Origin: the human T2T-CHM13v2.0 reference genome, Homo sapiens | DNA length: 64,000 bases | Direction: 5' to 3' (one strand) | Assembly (NCBI RefSeq): GCF_009914755.1 | Contig: NC_060931.1 | Shown: one piece after another, positions 13,735-28,350 of the stretch | Layout of the letters: every line of letters starts with the position of its first letter | Numbering within the stretch: position 1 is the stretch's first letter | Translations under genes and position numbers: made by a program | The notes under the pieces: model-generated | The model's database searches: none | Told to the model about the DNA's origin: nothing | Seen by the model: only the letters and a program-made list of their open reading frames with translations

Positions 13735-15129
13735 GTAACGAGGCTCCTGTTTTCTCGCCTGTCAGACAACAAAAGAAAAATAAAGTCACAGATAGTTAGA
13801 AAAATGCCAGTGGCTCTTTTTGGTGTCCTCTATTACTCATTCTTCATTTAAGAGAATATCTTTGTATGGGTGTATATTGCCTTTCAAATAATAAAAGGAG
13901 TGGACTTGTTAATTGTAGGAAGTTTGAAGGAAAAAATATGCACACCTGTACAAAGACATATTAAGAAAGACTAATAGCAAATTAAAATCTCATGGAAGAC
14001 TTGATGCCTAGGTCAAATACCCCGAAATCGATCTGGTAATCTTTTTGCCCTTCGACACAAAATGGCAGCCTTTAACTTTCACCCCTATTATAAGAACAAA
14101 AACTGTTCCCCTCTCAAGGTCTAGAGAAACTGATGCTCAGATATTCATTTTGATTGCACTTTTTAAGATACTCATTGTCTCAGTTTTAGAAAACAATTTT
14201 AAGTCTGCTGCATTAGAAGGAGTCTTGTTTTAATTTTAAGGCATTAAGGGTTGGATAGGCATGCATACCATGGTTTGGTTATAGAATAAAATAAAAGTCG
14301 GCTGTTTACTTGTAGGAGGATAATGATAGTCAAATTACAATGCAACACAAAACAGTTATTTTTCCTTAAAAATAAATTAAAAGAGCTTTTGTGAGAACAT
14401 CTGTTTCTTCTGAGAACTTAAAGTTTTCCTCCTACATATATGAAGTCCTAGCTTCATTCATGCCTATAGTGAAAGAAAGGAGTCATAGTTTTCTTGTAGC
14501 TAAGGAAAGAATAGTAAATTGAGAGTCAATTGGTCTTATTCAGAGACTCTTCCTAGTTTTTAGCTTAAAATCACTCAGATTTATGACAATTCAGACTCTG
14601 TAATTGTTAGATGTTATTAGTATTATGACATTTTAAAGTATTTCCCTGAAGAAAATTCACAATACAACACACATCTTATTTTTGCTATTAGCCATTTTGC
14701 ACACAGAAAGTCAACATAGAATATAAATGTTAATCATTAATTATTTTAAATTATCCTAGCCAACATAACAGAAAATAATTGCCTTTCTAGTTTTTTTAAA
14801 AACCTAAGTGATGTCTGTAACTTCCTTTGTAATATATCCAAAAATTACGTTATTAGGTGGATAGATATCTGATAAAGCAAATACGGCAAAATATTAGTTA
14901 TAGAAACTAGATGGTGGGCATGTGAATGTTCATTGTTCAATTTGTTCAACTTTTCTGTATGTCTGGAAATTATTGTAGTAAAATGTTTGGGGGGTGGTGA
15001 GGAGAAAAATAACTTTGCTATGGAAGTAACATAGTACCTCTGTTATATGGCTTTTCCTTAAACTCTGCCATCTTTTACAAACTAGAGGTTTAAACCCTTG
15101 CTTCCTAATTGGAAAAGGATTAAGAAAAT

Positions 15130-15435
15130 GCTGGGTATGGTAACTCATGCCTGTAATCCTAACACTTTGGGAAGCTGAGGTAAAAAAATTGCTTGAGGCC
15201 AGGAGTTTGAGACCAGTCTGGGAAACAAAGCAAGACTCTCTTCTCTACAAAAAAAAATTTAAAAACTAGCCAGGTGTGTTGGCACACCTGTACAATCCCA
15301 GCTGCTCAGGAGACTAAGGCAAGAGGATTGCTTGAGCCCAGGAGTTTGGGGCTACAGTGAGCTATAATCACATCATCTTACTACAGCCTGGGCAACAGAG
15401 AAAGACTATCTAAAATAAAAAAAAAGAAATAAAGA
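15130..15435 (+). mobile_element. Alu (AluJ-like)
   Basis: Diverged Alu consensus. Confidence 0.88.
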
Positions 15436-16636
15436 AAATGGTTAAGAAATTAATCATTTTCCCCAGCTCATCCAATAAATGACCAAGGGAGATGGGATTA
15501 TCCTACTCAGAGGAGTAACTATAAAGAAAGTTAAATCTCAGTTTTAGGCTCCTAGTTTCAAGCGTAGTTTTTCTTTACGATACAGATTACAGCCTAGTGT
15601 TAATTTATATTAAATTTTATATTGGTTTTATGAGCTAATGATAATGCTAAAAATTCATCTTAAGTTGTTTAACATGAACTTTCAGTTAAGGTGTAATGCA
15701 TGTTTTGTTGTTATAGCCGTTTTTGTTTTTTTTTTAACTTAGTTTCTTTGCTTATTCAAGGGAAGAAAATCAGGTTTAGTTGGTGTCTATATGAATGATA
15801 GACCAATTAAATGCTTTTACTTTCCAGTTGCTGGAAGACCTGGGTCAAATTGGTATATAAGGACATGGATTTCTTATGTAACAATAAATAGAAAATTAGG
15901 ACAGACCTCAGGCTGAACAGCAGTATCATTCAGGACTTAAGTATTTTTCTCCTGTTATCATTCATAGCATTAACTTCATCCCAAGGATGGTGCCCCCTCT
16001 AGTTGTTATAAGATGCCTGCTGACACAGTTATGGCATATTCTTCCTGGTTCAGGTTCAGTGGAAGAACACTTCTCCTGAACAGAGGATAATTTATCTTTC
16101 CTTCAGCTGATTGGCTGACACAGGCTGCATGACTAGTGCAGGTCCAGTAGCAATTGCCAGGGGCGTGCCTTGGGCAGATGAGCTTAAGCGAGGTCACTAA
16201 ATTAATCATCAGAAAGGGGTGGTACCAGGACTTAGACTAATCAGTAGTCACCTGGACTGGATAAAAGGGGACCTCTTTTAGGAAGGAGGTAAAGAGAATA
16301 GAGGCTGCTTAGGCCACATTATCATTAGCTCATAACAATAGTAGAACCTTCAGTTTAGAAAAATCAGTTAAATGTTTCAGTTACATCTTAACTCTTCATT
16401 AAATAACCGCAACATAAATTTAGAAATTTGAAGTGTTCATAGAACTGTCTTCTTGTTATCTGATTATTTCTATTTGGAAATAAGTGGTAATGTAAATGTG
16501 GACATGTGATTAAATGGTTTCCTGATTTAACATAACTAGCTTAATAATGATTTTTTTTTAAATCCAGAAGAGTTTAACTTGAAACAGCCTTGGTATTTTT
16601 ATAGCTTAACTCAAGAATATTTTAAAATGCTTTTTA

Positions 16637-16948
<312 letters not shown>

Positions 16949-17490
16949 AAAATGCTTTTTATAAAAAGCAAAACTAAGGTAAATGATATGTGTTCATCTA
17001 TTCGTAGCAATACTTATTGTATCTATCACTATCAGTGTTCTTGTACTGGCATCCTTTATTAGCAAATTACTTGATAAAGGTGACATTACAGTTTTGTGTC
17101 TCCTAATTTACTTTCTTGTGCCTCAAGATCACTGTTATAAAGATGAAATACATATGAACCAGAGGGTGAAATAAAGGCAATAACACCAAAGATACTGGGT
17201 GTGAAATATGTTTTTGACCAAGGTAAAATAAAATAAACTTGCAGTTAGACCAGGTTGGATTCAAGGAGTCCAAATTTGAAAAATATTTTAATTTATTTTC
17301 CTTTTCCTGAAAATGTTCTAGTTTGAGTAATGAGAAGAGGAGAATTTGCCTAGAGGTCTATTGACTTTTCATTTGTACCAAAATTAGTCTTTTAGTTATT
17401 TACACATTTCAGGAAACCTGGTTGCTTTGCACACCATCACAATTGGTTTTGCTCGTAAAAGGAATGAAATTCTCTTTTGTTTTTCAACAG

Positions 17491-17600
17491 GCATTGCGGC
17501 CTCATTTGCTGTCAAGCTTTTCAAAGCATGGATGGCAGAAAAAGATGCCAACTCTGTTACCTCGTCTTTGAGAAAAGCCAACTTAGACAAGAGGCTGCTT
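17491..17600 (+). CDS. BZW2: BZW2 coding exon (110 nt): [37 protein letters not shown]
   Basis: tcaacag|GC and CTT|gtaagt. Confidence 0.96.
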
Positions 17601-17843
17601 GTAAGTGTTTTCTGGTTAAAGAGTTGTATGTATGATGCCTTTCTTGGAGCTTAAGCAATGCCTGCAATGTAGTATATGAGTAAGATCCCTGGATCTGTGT
17701 TGACTTGGAGCACTGTTCCTTTTATTTCTGTGTAATTGGTAGTAGAAGCTAATTTCATTTTAATCTTTATTTTGTGAACAAATGGCACAATAAAATTAAA
17801 GAATTGTGAAGAATATAGACTTCCAAATTTGTAAGTTTGTTGA

Positions 17844-18215
<372 letters not shown>

Positions 18216-19573
18216 TAGACATTTTAAGGTTTTAATATGATAAAAATTTCATCAATCTCACTTAATCAAATACTTGTGATGTCTGTCTTGAGTAGCAGTC
18301 AGACTGTGCTAATCTCAAATGTGTGTTAAATAGTTTGCTAACAAAATAAAAGTTTAAACAAGATTTCCCTGGAAATACTTAAGCTGTTGCAGAAATTAAA
18401 CAAGTTAATTGTGTCACAATTGCTTGATTATATTTTTATTTCTCCATCTTTGTGTTTTTCTAAGAAAATCCAGAAAAATATTTTGTTCTTGTAATTTCTA
18501 TCTGCTCCCTACAATTTCTTTCTTCTTGATGCAGCAGCTGTGAAATGCCAAGATTTCTCCAGGTGGAATTGCTTTTACAGTTCTAGGATGAAGTGTAAAA
18601 ATAAGACACAGCGCTGCCATCTCTTCACCTGGCCTGTTCTCTGTTGTTCTCTTCCAATGTGTTTCAGTGTGCAAGGGTCCAGTCCCATGAGATAATTCTA
18701 AGACTATCTCTTTTCCTCAAGAACACATGAAAGTAATTTTAAATGTAAATACTTGCAATTTAAATCACTTAAGAATACTTTGTTTCTTGAAGTTTACCTT
18801 AAATAGATTTGTGTGTTTAAAGTTTTTAGATTATGGTAAAAAAGGTACAGAAGTCTAGATTCTAGTTCATAATAATTTTCATTCCTCATGTTTCCTGAAT
18901 GTCTACCCTGTGCTGGGCATGGTACCACAAGCTGCAGAGCCAGTAGAGAACAGGATAGAAAAGTTGCCTGCCCTCGTGAAACCTACTTTCTAGTGGACTT
19001 AGGGCAAATCCCTGTAAACAGAAGCAAAAGTCACAGAAGATAAGTGAATAGGTTGCTGAGGAAGGTGGAGGTTCATATGAAGGGAACATATTTCTTGTCC
19101 ATGAGGCTGTGGGTTGTCTATAGATTAGCTCTATCTTGGCTAAGCCTGGCTTAGTTCCACATGCCTTTTCATTCGGGCACAGGCTGAGGGAGCAGCTCCC
19201 ATCTGGGCCATTCTGTCTTCATGGCAAAGTACCAGAACACAGAGACTGAACTGAACGTCTCAAGTACCTTAAAAACTCACCTATGGACGCTGCCATGCCT
19301 GGCAATAGATTGGGAAAATCCAATCCACTAATAGGCTGCTTCTCCACCTCTGCAGATAGACATAGCAAGGAGGGGGTTCTCTTAATACTCTTTTGAAGAA
19401 GAGAAGGTGTATGATTGGGAACAAAGATACAATCTATCCGGTTATTTCTTAAAGCAGTAATTTTCTTAAAGATATTCACAACTATAGCCTGGTTAGCTTA
19501 ATTAGATGGCTTCATTTATAAAATTCATTTTCTTTTTGGAAACACATGTCATTTAGCTGTTTTTACTAGGTTC

Positions 19574-19626
19574 TGTGTGTGTGTGTGTGTGTGTGTGTAC
19601 ATATGTGTGTGTTTGTGTATATATAT
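19574..19626. repeat. (TG)n microsatellite
   Basis: About 12 perfect TG units, then degenerate TG/TA. Confidence 0.9.
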
Positions 19627-19989
19627 GGAACATAGGTGGTGGTTTCTGCGAGAAACATATAAACTGGGTGAGAACAGCGTAGTTGCCTATGCACTATGCC
19701 TGCCTGATATTTGTTGAATCAACAAAAGAATGAGGAACTAGTGAGTCAGTTCCACTCTTTAGGAGGAAATTTTGTTTTATGAACATATACAACAAAATTC
19801 TCTTTAACTGTGAACTACTACATTTTAGGAAAAGTTGTGTATTACTAGACTTTAGCTATCACCCACTATTACAATACAGAAGAAAGAGCAATTTATAGCA
19901 ACTCAGAGAGGTGAGGGGATGGGAGAAGCCAACCCTTATTACTGACAAAGAGAATAGTGATTAAGAAATCAAAGATATTGATCTCTTCC

Positions 19990-20920
<931 letters not shown>

Positions 20921-21942
20921 TACCACGGTATGGTTTCTCTAAAAAAATACAAACCATGTTCCAAGTCAAAAAATGACATGGTATGATTTAGACGGGCTTC
21001 CCCTCAACTTAATCTGAATAATGATTTTCAATGTATTATATACTATTCATAAGAATTTGGAATGTAGTTCATAAGTGAACTACGAGTGATATGTTTAATG
21101 GCATATTGCTCTGAACATAACTTTAAATCAAACTTTGCAGTCACACTCTTCCTAAATAGAATATTGAATGCTAGCACAGAGTAATGGAATAAGTATTGAC
21201 TTGGGGGCACACAGCTCTGTTCTTAAATATTTTTGGTGGCATAAATTGGGTCAAGCTGCTTAACCTTGTTGAAACTTGGTTTACCGTCTAGAAAAATGTC
21301 TGCTTTACACAGTTATTATGAGGAAAGTGCCAGTACATTTTGATTCATAGAAGAAACTCAATAAAAATACATTAGTTCCCTTCCCTGCAGATTTGGAAGA
21401 TGTGGAGCAGTAGAGGAAATATCAGTGACGCAGTTTCAGTGTGGTATAAAATGTTTGCTTTATTATGAATGCGTGTTTGATAGCTGCTCCCACCAGCTCT
21501 CTTCTGACATTTTTGAAACATATGACTCAACAGGGGAAATTAATAGGATGATAGAACATTGAAATTTGAATCCTGACATAGGAGCCCTCCAGCTGTGTTC
21601 CTATAGGTGGTGGCAAACCCATTGCAGATCTACTGAGGCTCTTTCTGGAACCACATAGCCATTGGCCATATATATGCAAGTCTAACCAATACAAAAGCTT
21701 GGATATATTTTTTAGACCCTGCAGCAGTCTGAAAAATGTGAGAACTTTGAAAATCATCTTAATTTCATAGATGGGAGTTGAACTCACCCAGGATTAGATC
21801 ATGACTAAGTGTTACTGAGATTCTGCCAAACTGTGTAGGGTAAAATGGAAATGAGGTGAAAATATGAGAGCAGCTATGGTATATTGCTCTTTTTGAAAAT
21901 TTCCATCAGAATTATGTAATAAACTAGAGTTGGTAGGGTAGG

Positions 21943-22310
21943 TGTCTTAGACCTTTTCTATTACTTATAACAGAATACCTGAAACTGGGTTATTTATACA
22001 GAAAAGGAACTTATTTCTTAACAGTTATGGAGGCTAAGTCCCATGTCAAGGGGCTGCATCTGGTGAGGGCCTTCTTGCTGGTGGGGACTCTGCAGTGTCC
22101 CAGGAAGGCTCAGAGTATCACATGGCGAGGGGGCTGAGTGTGCTAGCTCAGGTCTCCCCTCCTCTTTTTTAAAGCCACCAGGTCCCCTCCCAACATAACC
22201 CACTAATCCATGAATGGATTAATCCATTCATGAGGGCAGAGCCCTTATAATCCAGTAACTCTTTAAAAGCCTCATCTCTCAGTATTGCCACAGTAGGGTC
22301 CAAGTTTATC
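21943..22310 (-). mobile_element. MaLR LTR (MST family)
   Basis: tgtcttag...ataacagaatacctgaaactgggt and ggattaatccattcatgagggcagagccc. Confidence 0.8.
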
Positions 22311-22528
22311 TCAATTGCTTACCCTTTTTTTCTTTTTCTTTGTGAAACTGCCTGATTTCAGAAGATGTTTAGCTCAGTAAATATACCAGAGATTTGTTGT
22401 TTTGTAAAACAGTCTTTATTCTTTTCTTCCAAATGTGAGATATTCTAAGTGAAATGAAGACTTTTGTCCTTTATGCTTGCTGAAATTTGAATGGCTTGTT
22501 TTATAGCAGTCTTTTTTCCCTTTTTCAG

Positions 22529-22699
22529 GAACTCTTTCCAGTTAACAGACAGAGTGTGGATCATTTTGCTAAATACTTCACTGACGCAGGTCTTAAGGAG
22601 CTTTCCGACTTCCTCCGAGTCCAGCAGTCCCTGGGCACCAGGAAGGAACTGCAGAAGGAGCTCCAGGAGCGTCTTTCTCAGGAATGCCCGATCAAGGAG
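22529..22699 (+). CDS. BZW2: BZW2 coding exon (171 nt): [17 protein letters not shown]...QECPIKE
   Basis: tttttcag|GAA and GAG|gtggga. Confidence 0.96.
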
Positions 22700-24610
22700 G
22701 TGGGAGACCACGGGCAGACATCACCTCAATACACATGAATGAGAGGAATTACATGGGCTGTGTAGCAAAGGCTTTCCTTAACAAGTCTGTCCTATGCTTA
22801 TTGCTGTAAACTTTGTCCACTTATTCCTACCATTTAAATTAACTCAGCTTCAAAGTATTGATTTAGAATCCTCCATTTTTGTTAACACTCTAGGATGGTC
22901 CAGAAATTAATAGTGATTTCCACACAACTGACTTATTTTACCAGGCTGCTATGATTTTCAAAATATTTCATCTGTCAAAGAGATTTGACCATCCACTATC
23001 AGTATAGCCCATTATATGGTAGTTTTAAAATTTTGTTGCAGGTTATCTAACCTGATTAAGCATTTGTCTAGTGTTTGGAATTAACACTGGATTTTTTGTT
23101 CATCACTCTGTATGAATATGTAACAGGCTTTTTATTTGAAAAAAGTTTGAATTCCTGTCATGGGAAAAGACTAGTTGGATCAGTGACTTGTTTAATCCCA
23201 CTCACACTTGGAAGAGCTGTGTTTCCCTATAATGTAAAAGCTATATTTTTTATAATACGCATATACATAGTTTATATATACATGCTATAGTTCACAAAGC
23301 AATGACTATATCTTTTTTTTATTTTTAGTGTATCTGGAGAGAGCTTTCTATTTGAAGTTTTAAAATCTTTCATGCAACAATTTAAAAATTAATATAAAGC
23401 GTCCTTTCTTTTTTTCCACGTGCTCTAAAATGCCTGACCCACACCTCCTTCCATGCTCCAAGCCCTGCTTGGCAGCTCACATGGTTGAAGCCTGGAGAAT
23501 GTAGGACTGATACTATCCAGCAGGTGGAGGTGTTGGAATGACAAATATTCTTAAGTCTCATGGTATTAAGGATAGCAGTATATTTAATCATATTTCTCCA
23601 AGCAAGAATTTGTACATGATTTTCCATGGGGAAAAGAAGCAAACATAAAAAGCCTCGTGATGCTTGTAGATGCCAGGATGTCACACTTTTATGTGGCTTC
23701 CTCCAGCCAGCACAGGGACTGGGACTGCCCGGCTCCTTCTGCTTTTGAAGGCTGCTCAAGTCACTGCTGGCATTTCTACACTCCAGGCCAGAAGTCAAGA
23801 AAGCAATGTGTTTCCAGCAAAAAAGAAAAGGGAGGAAAAAAAAAGGTGTTACTACTACTCACAAAGTAGTATGCTGGAGATATACGCTGACTTTCAATCA
23901 CTTCTGAGGCCCAAACCTCTATTTATTATTTTATTTTAAAAGGAAAAAGCCTTTCAAATAAATTTTAGGCAAGCCTATATTCCATACTCTCAGGGTTGAG
24001 TATAAATTTGCATATTTATACATAATTCAAAGGAGAAAATAAGTTGCTGAATACTGCTGAATTGATGTATATGAAATTTAAAAATTGCCTTTGCACTTAC
24101 AATTTATTTACAAATTAACTTTTCACTGAGATGGGGCATAAGGATCATCAAAAGTAATCATTGAAGAATAAATTGTGGAGAATGGACCTGTACAAACCCA
24201 AGATGGTATCCATCAAGAGGTTTTAAAGTTTAGGGATGGAGATAAAAGTTCACAACTCTGTTGCCTTCTTTAAATCTCCAAAAAGTCAAACTGGCTCAAG
24301 TATCCCTACTCTACTAGACTCAAAGGGGTTTCTCTATGAGGAAACAAAAATCCTCTCTTACTCCACATTATCCAGCAGCTCCTGGCCAGAGCTAAGCCTA
24401 TTAATTTTGGGACTAGAAATAAATTTGCTTTGAGAACAAATCATTATAGTTTTTCTCCCTCTTCCAGTCTGAGAATGCAGACAAGGAAAGGAGAAGCTAA
24501 GCAGATTGTTTCTTAGCTGCCCCAAAACCTTGATTGACTGGGCAGCTAGGGGGGAGATGGGAGCCCTCCATCTGCCTGTTACTTTCTGACCCCATTTCCA
24601 TGTAATGTAG

Positions 24611-24757
24611 GTGGTGCTTTATGTCAAAGAAGAAATGAAGAGGAATGATCTTCCAGAAACAGCAGTGATTGGTCTTCTGTGGACATGTATAATGAACGCT
24701 GTTGAGTGGAACAAGAAGGAAGAACTTGTTGCAGAGCAGGCTCTGAAGCACCTGAAG
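24611..24757 (+). CDS. BZW2: BZW2 coding exon (147 nt): [49 protein letters not shown]
   Basis: tgtag|GTG and AAG|gtaaca. Confidence 0.96.
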
Positions 24758-24805
24758 GTAACAGCCCTTAGCAAGGAACTGACCCAGCCAAGGGCAAACT
24801 GCAGC

Positions 24806-25085
24806 TTTTTTTGTTTGTTTGTTTGTTTGTTTGAGAGTGCAGTGGCACGATCTGCGCTCACTGCAACTTTGAACTCCTGGGCTCAAGCCACCCTCCCTCC
24901 TCAGCCTCCCAGGTAGCTAGGACTACAGGCGCGTGCCACCACGTCTGGCTAATTTCTTCAGTTTTTGGTAGAGATGTAGTCTCGCTGTGTTGCCCAGGCT
25001 GGTCTTGAACTCCTGCATTCAAGCTATCCTCCTGCCTTGGCCTCCCAAAGTGTTGGATTGCAGGCATGAGCCACCACGCCGGGCC
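24806..25085 (-). mobile_element. Alu (AluJ-like) with (GTTT)n tail
   Basis: Antisense consensus, with a short deletion next to the tail. Confidence 0.88.
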
Positions 25086-25743
25086 CAAATTTGTCTTAAT
25101 TGAGAGTATGACAAATGGGTTCCAACTACAATTACCCTAGACTCAGACTAAACATATACTTCCTAATTTTTTTCCAAGTTTGCACCCAGCGTTCATGAGA
25201 ACATAGCAGTGAGTAAACTGTCCATGTTACTTTGATCAGGGAAGGCCCTTTGGAAGAGATAAGTATTGAATTGAGTAAGTCTCAGAAAAACAATGGCTAT
25301 GCCTCAGTGTCAGAAAGTCAAGGATATTTCTAAATGAATGCTTTTTATCCCAGCAGCTCATCAAGATTCCTTCCCTGTACCCACTAAGAGACCAAATATG
25401 AGAATCTGCCTATATTAAAGATAATTGCTGGCCTGCTATGTCTAAGGGATATTTCGAAAATGAGGTCATATCCTCATAGAATATCCATTGTATTATTGGA
25501 CTGTGGCTCTGCCATTGAAAAAATGTGAATCTTCTTCCCAGTTCCCTCACAGGTCGACTATACTGCTTTGTTCCTACTGTTCTGTTCCCCTCACCCCATT
25601 GGGCACAATATGATGATAAAAGGTGTCAATCCTGAAAGTCAGTCTTTTCTAAGCAACCCTCCAGGTTACTGTTATAGTTCCAGCAGTGTCGGCTCTGTAC
25701 CTCCCACGCAAGTGACGGCTTTTACTCTCCACTTCTGTTCTAG

Positions 25744-25882
25744 CAATATGCTCCCCTGCTGGCCGTGTTCAGCTCCCAAGGCCAGTCAGAGCTGATCCTC
25801 CTCCAGAAGGTTCAGGAATACTGCTACGACAACATCCATTTCATGAAAGCCTTTCAGAAGATTGTGGTTCTCTTTTATAAAG
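25744..25882 (+). CDS. BZW2: BZW2 coding exon (139 nt): [46 protein letters not shown]
   Basis: ttctag|CAA and G|gtatcc; W2 domain. Confidence 0.95.
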
Positions 25883-28199
25883 GTATCCATCCACGTGCCA
25901 CTGCTGTGCTTCTGTGTTTTGCTGAAGCTCTTTGAGAGGCAGAGCAGGCAATGAGGCAGAGGAGGTCATGGGGCTCTGTTTAGAGAGGGACAGCAAGATG
26001 CTAATTTGTGAAAGTTTTATTGAGGCAACCATACCATGTAGAGAGAGGAGGCATACACGCCATATATGCGTTGCCTTGGAAACCCTGCTTAGGCCCCTGG
26101 GCACTTCTCATTGGTAGATGAACTGGTAATTGTTTCTTGGGGTTGGTGGAAAAAAAATGTAATTATATAAAATTGAGCCTGTTTTTGAATTGTAAGGATT
26201 AGCTCTAATAACAATGATTATCAAAATAGTATATATATTATGTTCAGACTCTTTTAGGTACCATAAATCTGACTTTAAAATTACTGAAGTAATTAGCCTT
26301 TTTACTTTGTATTTTAGTTACTTGGCCCAGCCATTCTCCTGTTTTCCAAGGGAATGGCTATTTTTAGGTTTTCACATTTACTGTCTTTTCATTGTATTTA
26401 TAAGGATTAGGTTGCTATGACAACTGGCACTAAAATATGAATGCTAAAGGTTTTAACCGATCCCAATCTGTATACCTACAGCATACAGAAATGTCCTAGG
26501 CTATTTTTTGGGCCTACATTTATGTAGTTTTGTGAGGGAGAAAAAGGAACACTTAAGAAGTGGTACATTTTGAACATTATAACATGTTTATTTTATGTTA
26601 TTATGTTCATAAATATCATATCAGAAAAGTTAAAATAATACCAGCCAAATGTTTATTTTCCCTTTCATGTGTTCCTAAATTTGTCTCTTTTGAATTATAT
26701 CTTGGGAATTTGGAAAATAAAGGTTTTAGATAAATAATAGCTCTTTTAAAAATGCTTAATAGCATTTCACAATGAATTTTTATTGGCCACGTAGATTCCT
26801 CAAATGAATGAATCTTGTCCACAAGTGTTTGGGTGATATTTTACTTTTTCAGGGCACAGAGGTATTCAGCAACAATTATAATAGTCAGGAGGAAAATATG
26901 ATGGCCACCCATTGCCACTTGAAGTTCAGTAATTGGTATTTTCTCCAACCAGACCTGAGTTGGGTCTTCTTGGATTTAGTCATAAGATAGCAGTGTCCTA
27001 AAACTAGGCCCCACCCAATGATACCCAAAGTGATCCACCCATCAGAACCAAACCTGCAAGCCATGTTACCAATTCATAGATGGTACCCAGCAGCCAAGAA
27101 CGAGAAGTGGGGCCCAACCTTCTGTGGCCACAGCTGGCTCCATTTGTAAAACTGGCAGAGAGACCTATGGGACAGGTTTCACATTTGTTTTGAGGGTGGT
27201 CAATTTTTTCCACTACGGAAAACCAAACTGTTCGTAAACTAGTTAGTTACCTGAACATAGTTTGCTTTCTTGTCATATAAAAGATAACCCAACCAGTGTT
27301 TCTCACCAATTTTTTTTTTTAACTGAGACATCGTTGTCGGAGTCTCATCTTCAGGAGCACCCTATCGTATTATTGTAATGAAATCACAAAGAATCAGCAA
27401 ACCCATTGTTACGGGAAATGACATCTAGGTGGCACATGAACTATTAAAATCCTTCAGATTTCTCATTTTAACCACTAATGCCAACCTCCTTTTCCTTTAG
27501 ACTTAGACTTCTTATAACAACTACTGACAGGTAGTAAAACTGGCTACTTTGAGTTTTTTCTTCTTCATCAGCCCCAGATGCTAAGGGTCAGTATGACCTG
27601 AAATTAGAAAATAACTCAAGAAGTAAGCACTAGGAAGTAAAAAGAAGAGGCATGAGCTCTTAGGCTCATTGATTAACTAGGTAATCAGCGTTTAAATAAC
27701 CTAAAGTTAGTGAGGTCTGTGGCAAGTATGACCTGGCCCCAGGGAACACAGGAAGGGTGAGTGTCAACATCAATTTTATTTCTGCCTTAGTTATTTTTGG
27801 AAATGAAATTGGGAAACTTTTTTAAAAATGTAAACCTAAAACACATCACTGAACTAACATTTTCAATACCATTTTCTAGGTAATTTTGTAATTTTCCACA
27901 GAATGATATATATAGTCTGTTTTCTTAAGTGAAATGATTCCATGTTTTCTCTGGAGAACATGCAATCCCTGAGGAATGATTGTTCCATACCACCGTTAAG
28001 AGCGTTACTGTGTTAACTATGTTTACCATCTTGTCTCTTTTTTGCCAGATTTTTACTTTCACCTTATTTTGTCCACCAAACACTTGTGCACCAGGAGACA
28101 TGTATTTGATTTGTTTCTGTAAAGATTTGGATGCTCTCATTCCGTGTTTTATATGCCTAGAGGGAGACTTAGTAAACAGTGAGTGTTAAAGCACTCCTT

Positions 28200-28350
28200 T
28201 CCTAATATGCCTAAGAATTACCCAGAGAGCTTGTTATAAAACACAGCTCCCCCAGAGATTCTGATTCAGTAGGGCCAGGGTTGGGCCTGAGAATTTTCAT
28301 TTTAACAAGTTTCCAAGCTGATGCTCTGACTGTTGTACCAGGACCACTGG
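28200..28350. mobile_element. MER5A-like hAT DNA transposon
   Basis: cccagagattctgattcagtagg...ttttaacaagtttcc. Confidence 0.7.

Noticed and set aside
22504-22510. Upstream TAGCAG alternative acceptors
   Set aside because: They would add 22 or 19 nt (frameshift) and lie upstream of the main pyrimidine tract.
24611-24916. 101-aa ORF extending a BZW2 exon into an Alu
   Set aside because: There is a strong donor at 24757/24758; the extension is intronic read-through with no evidence of use.
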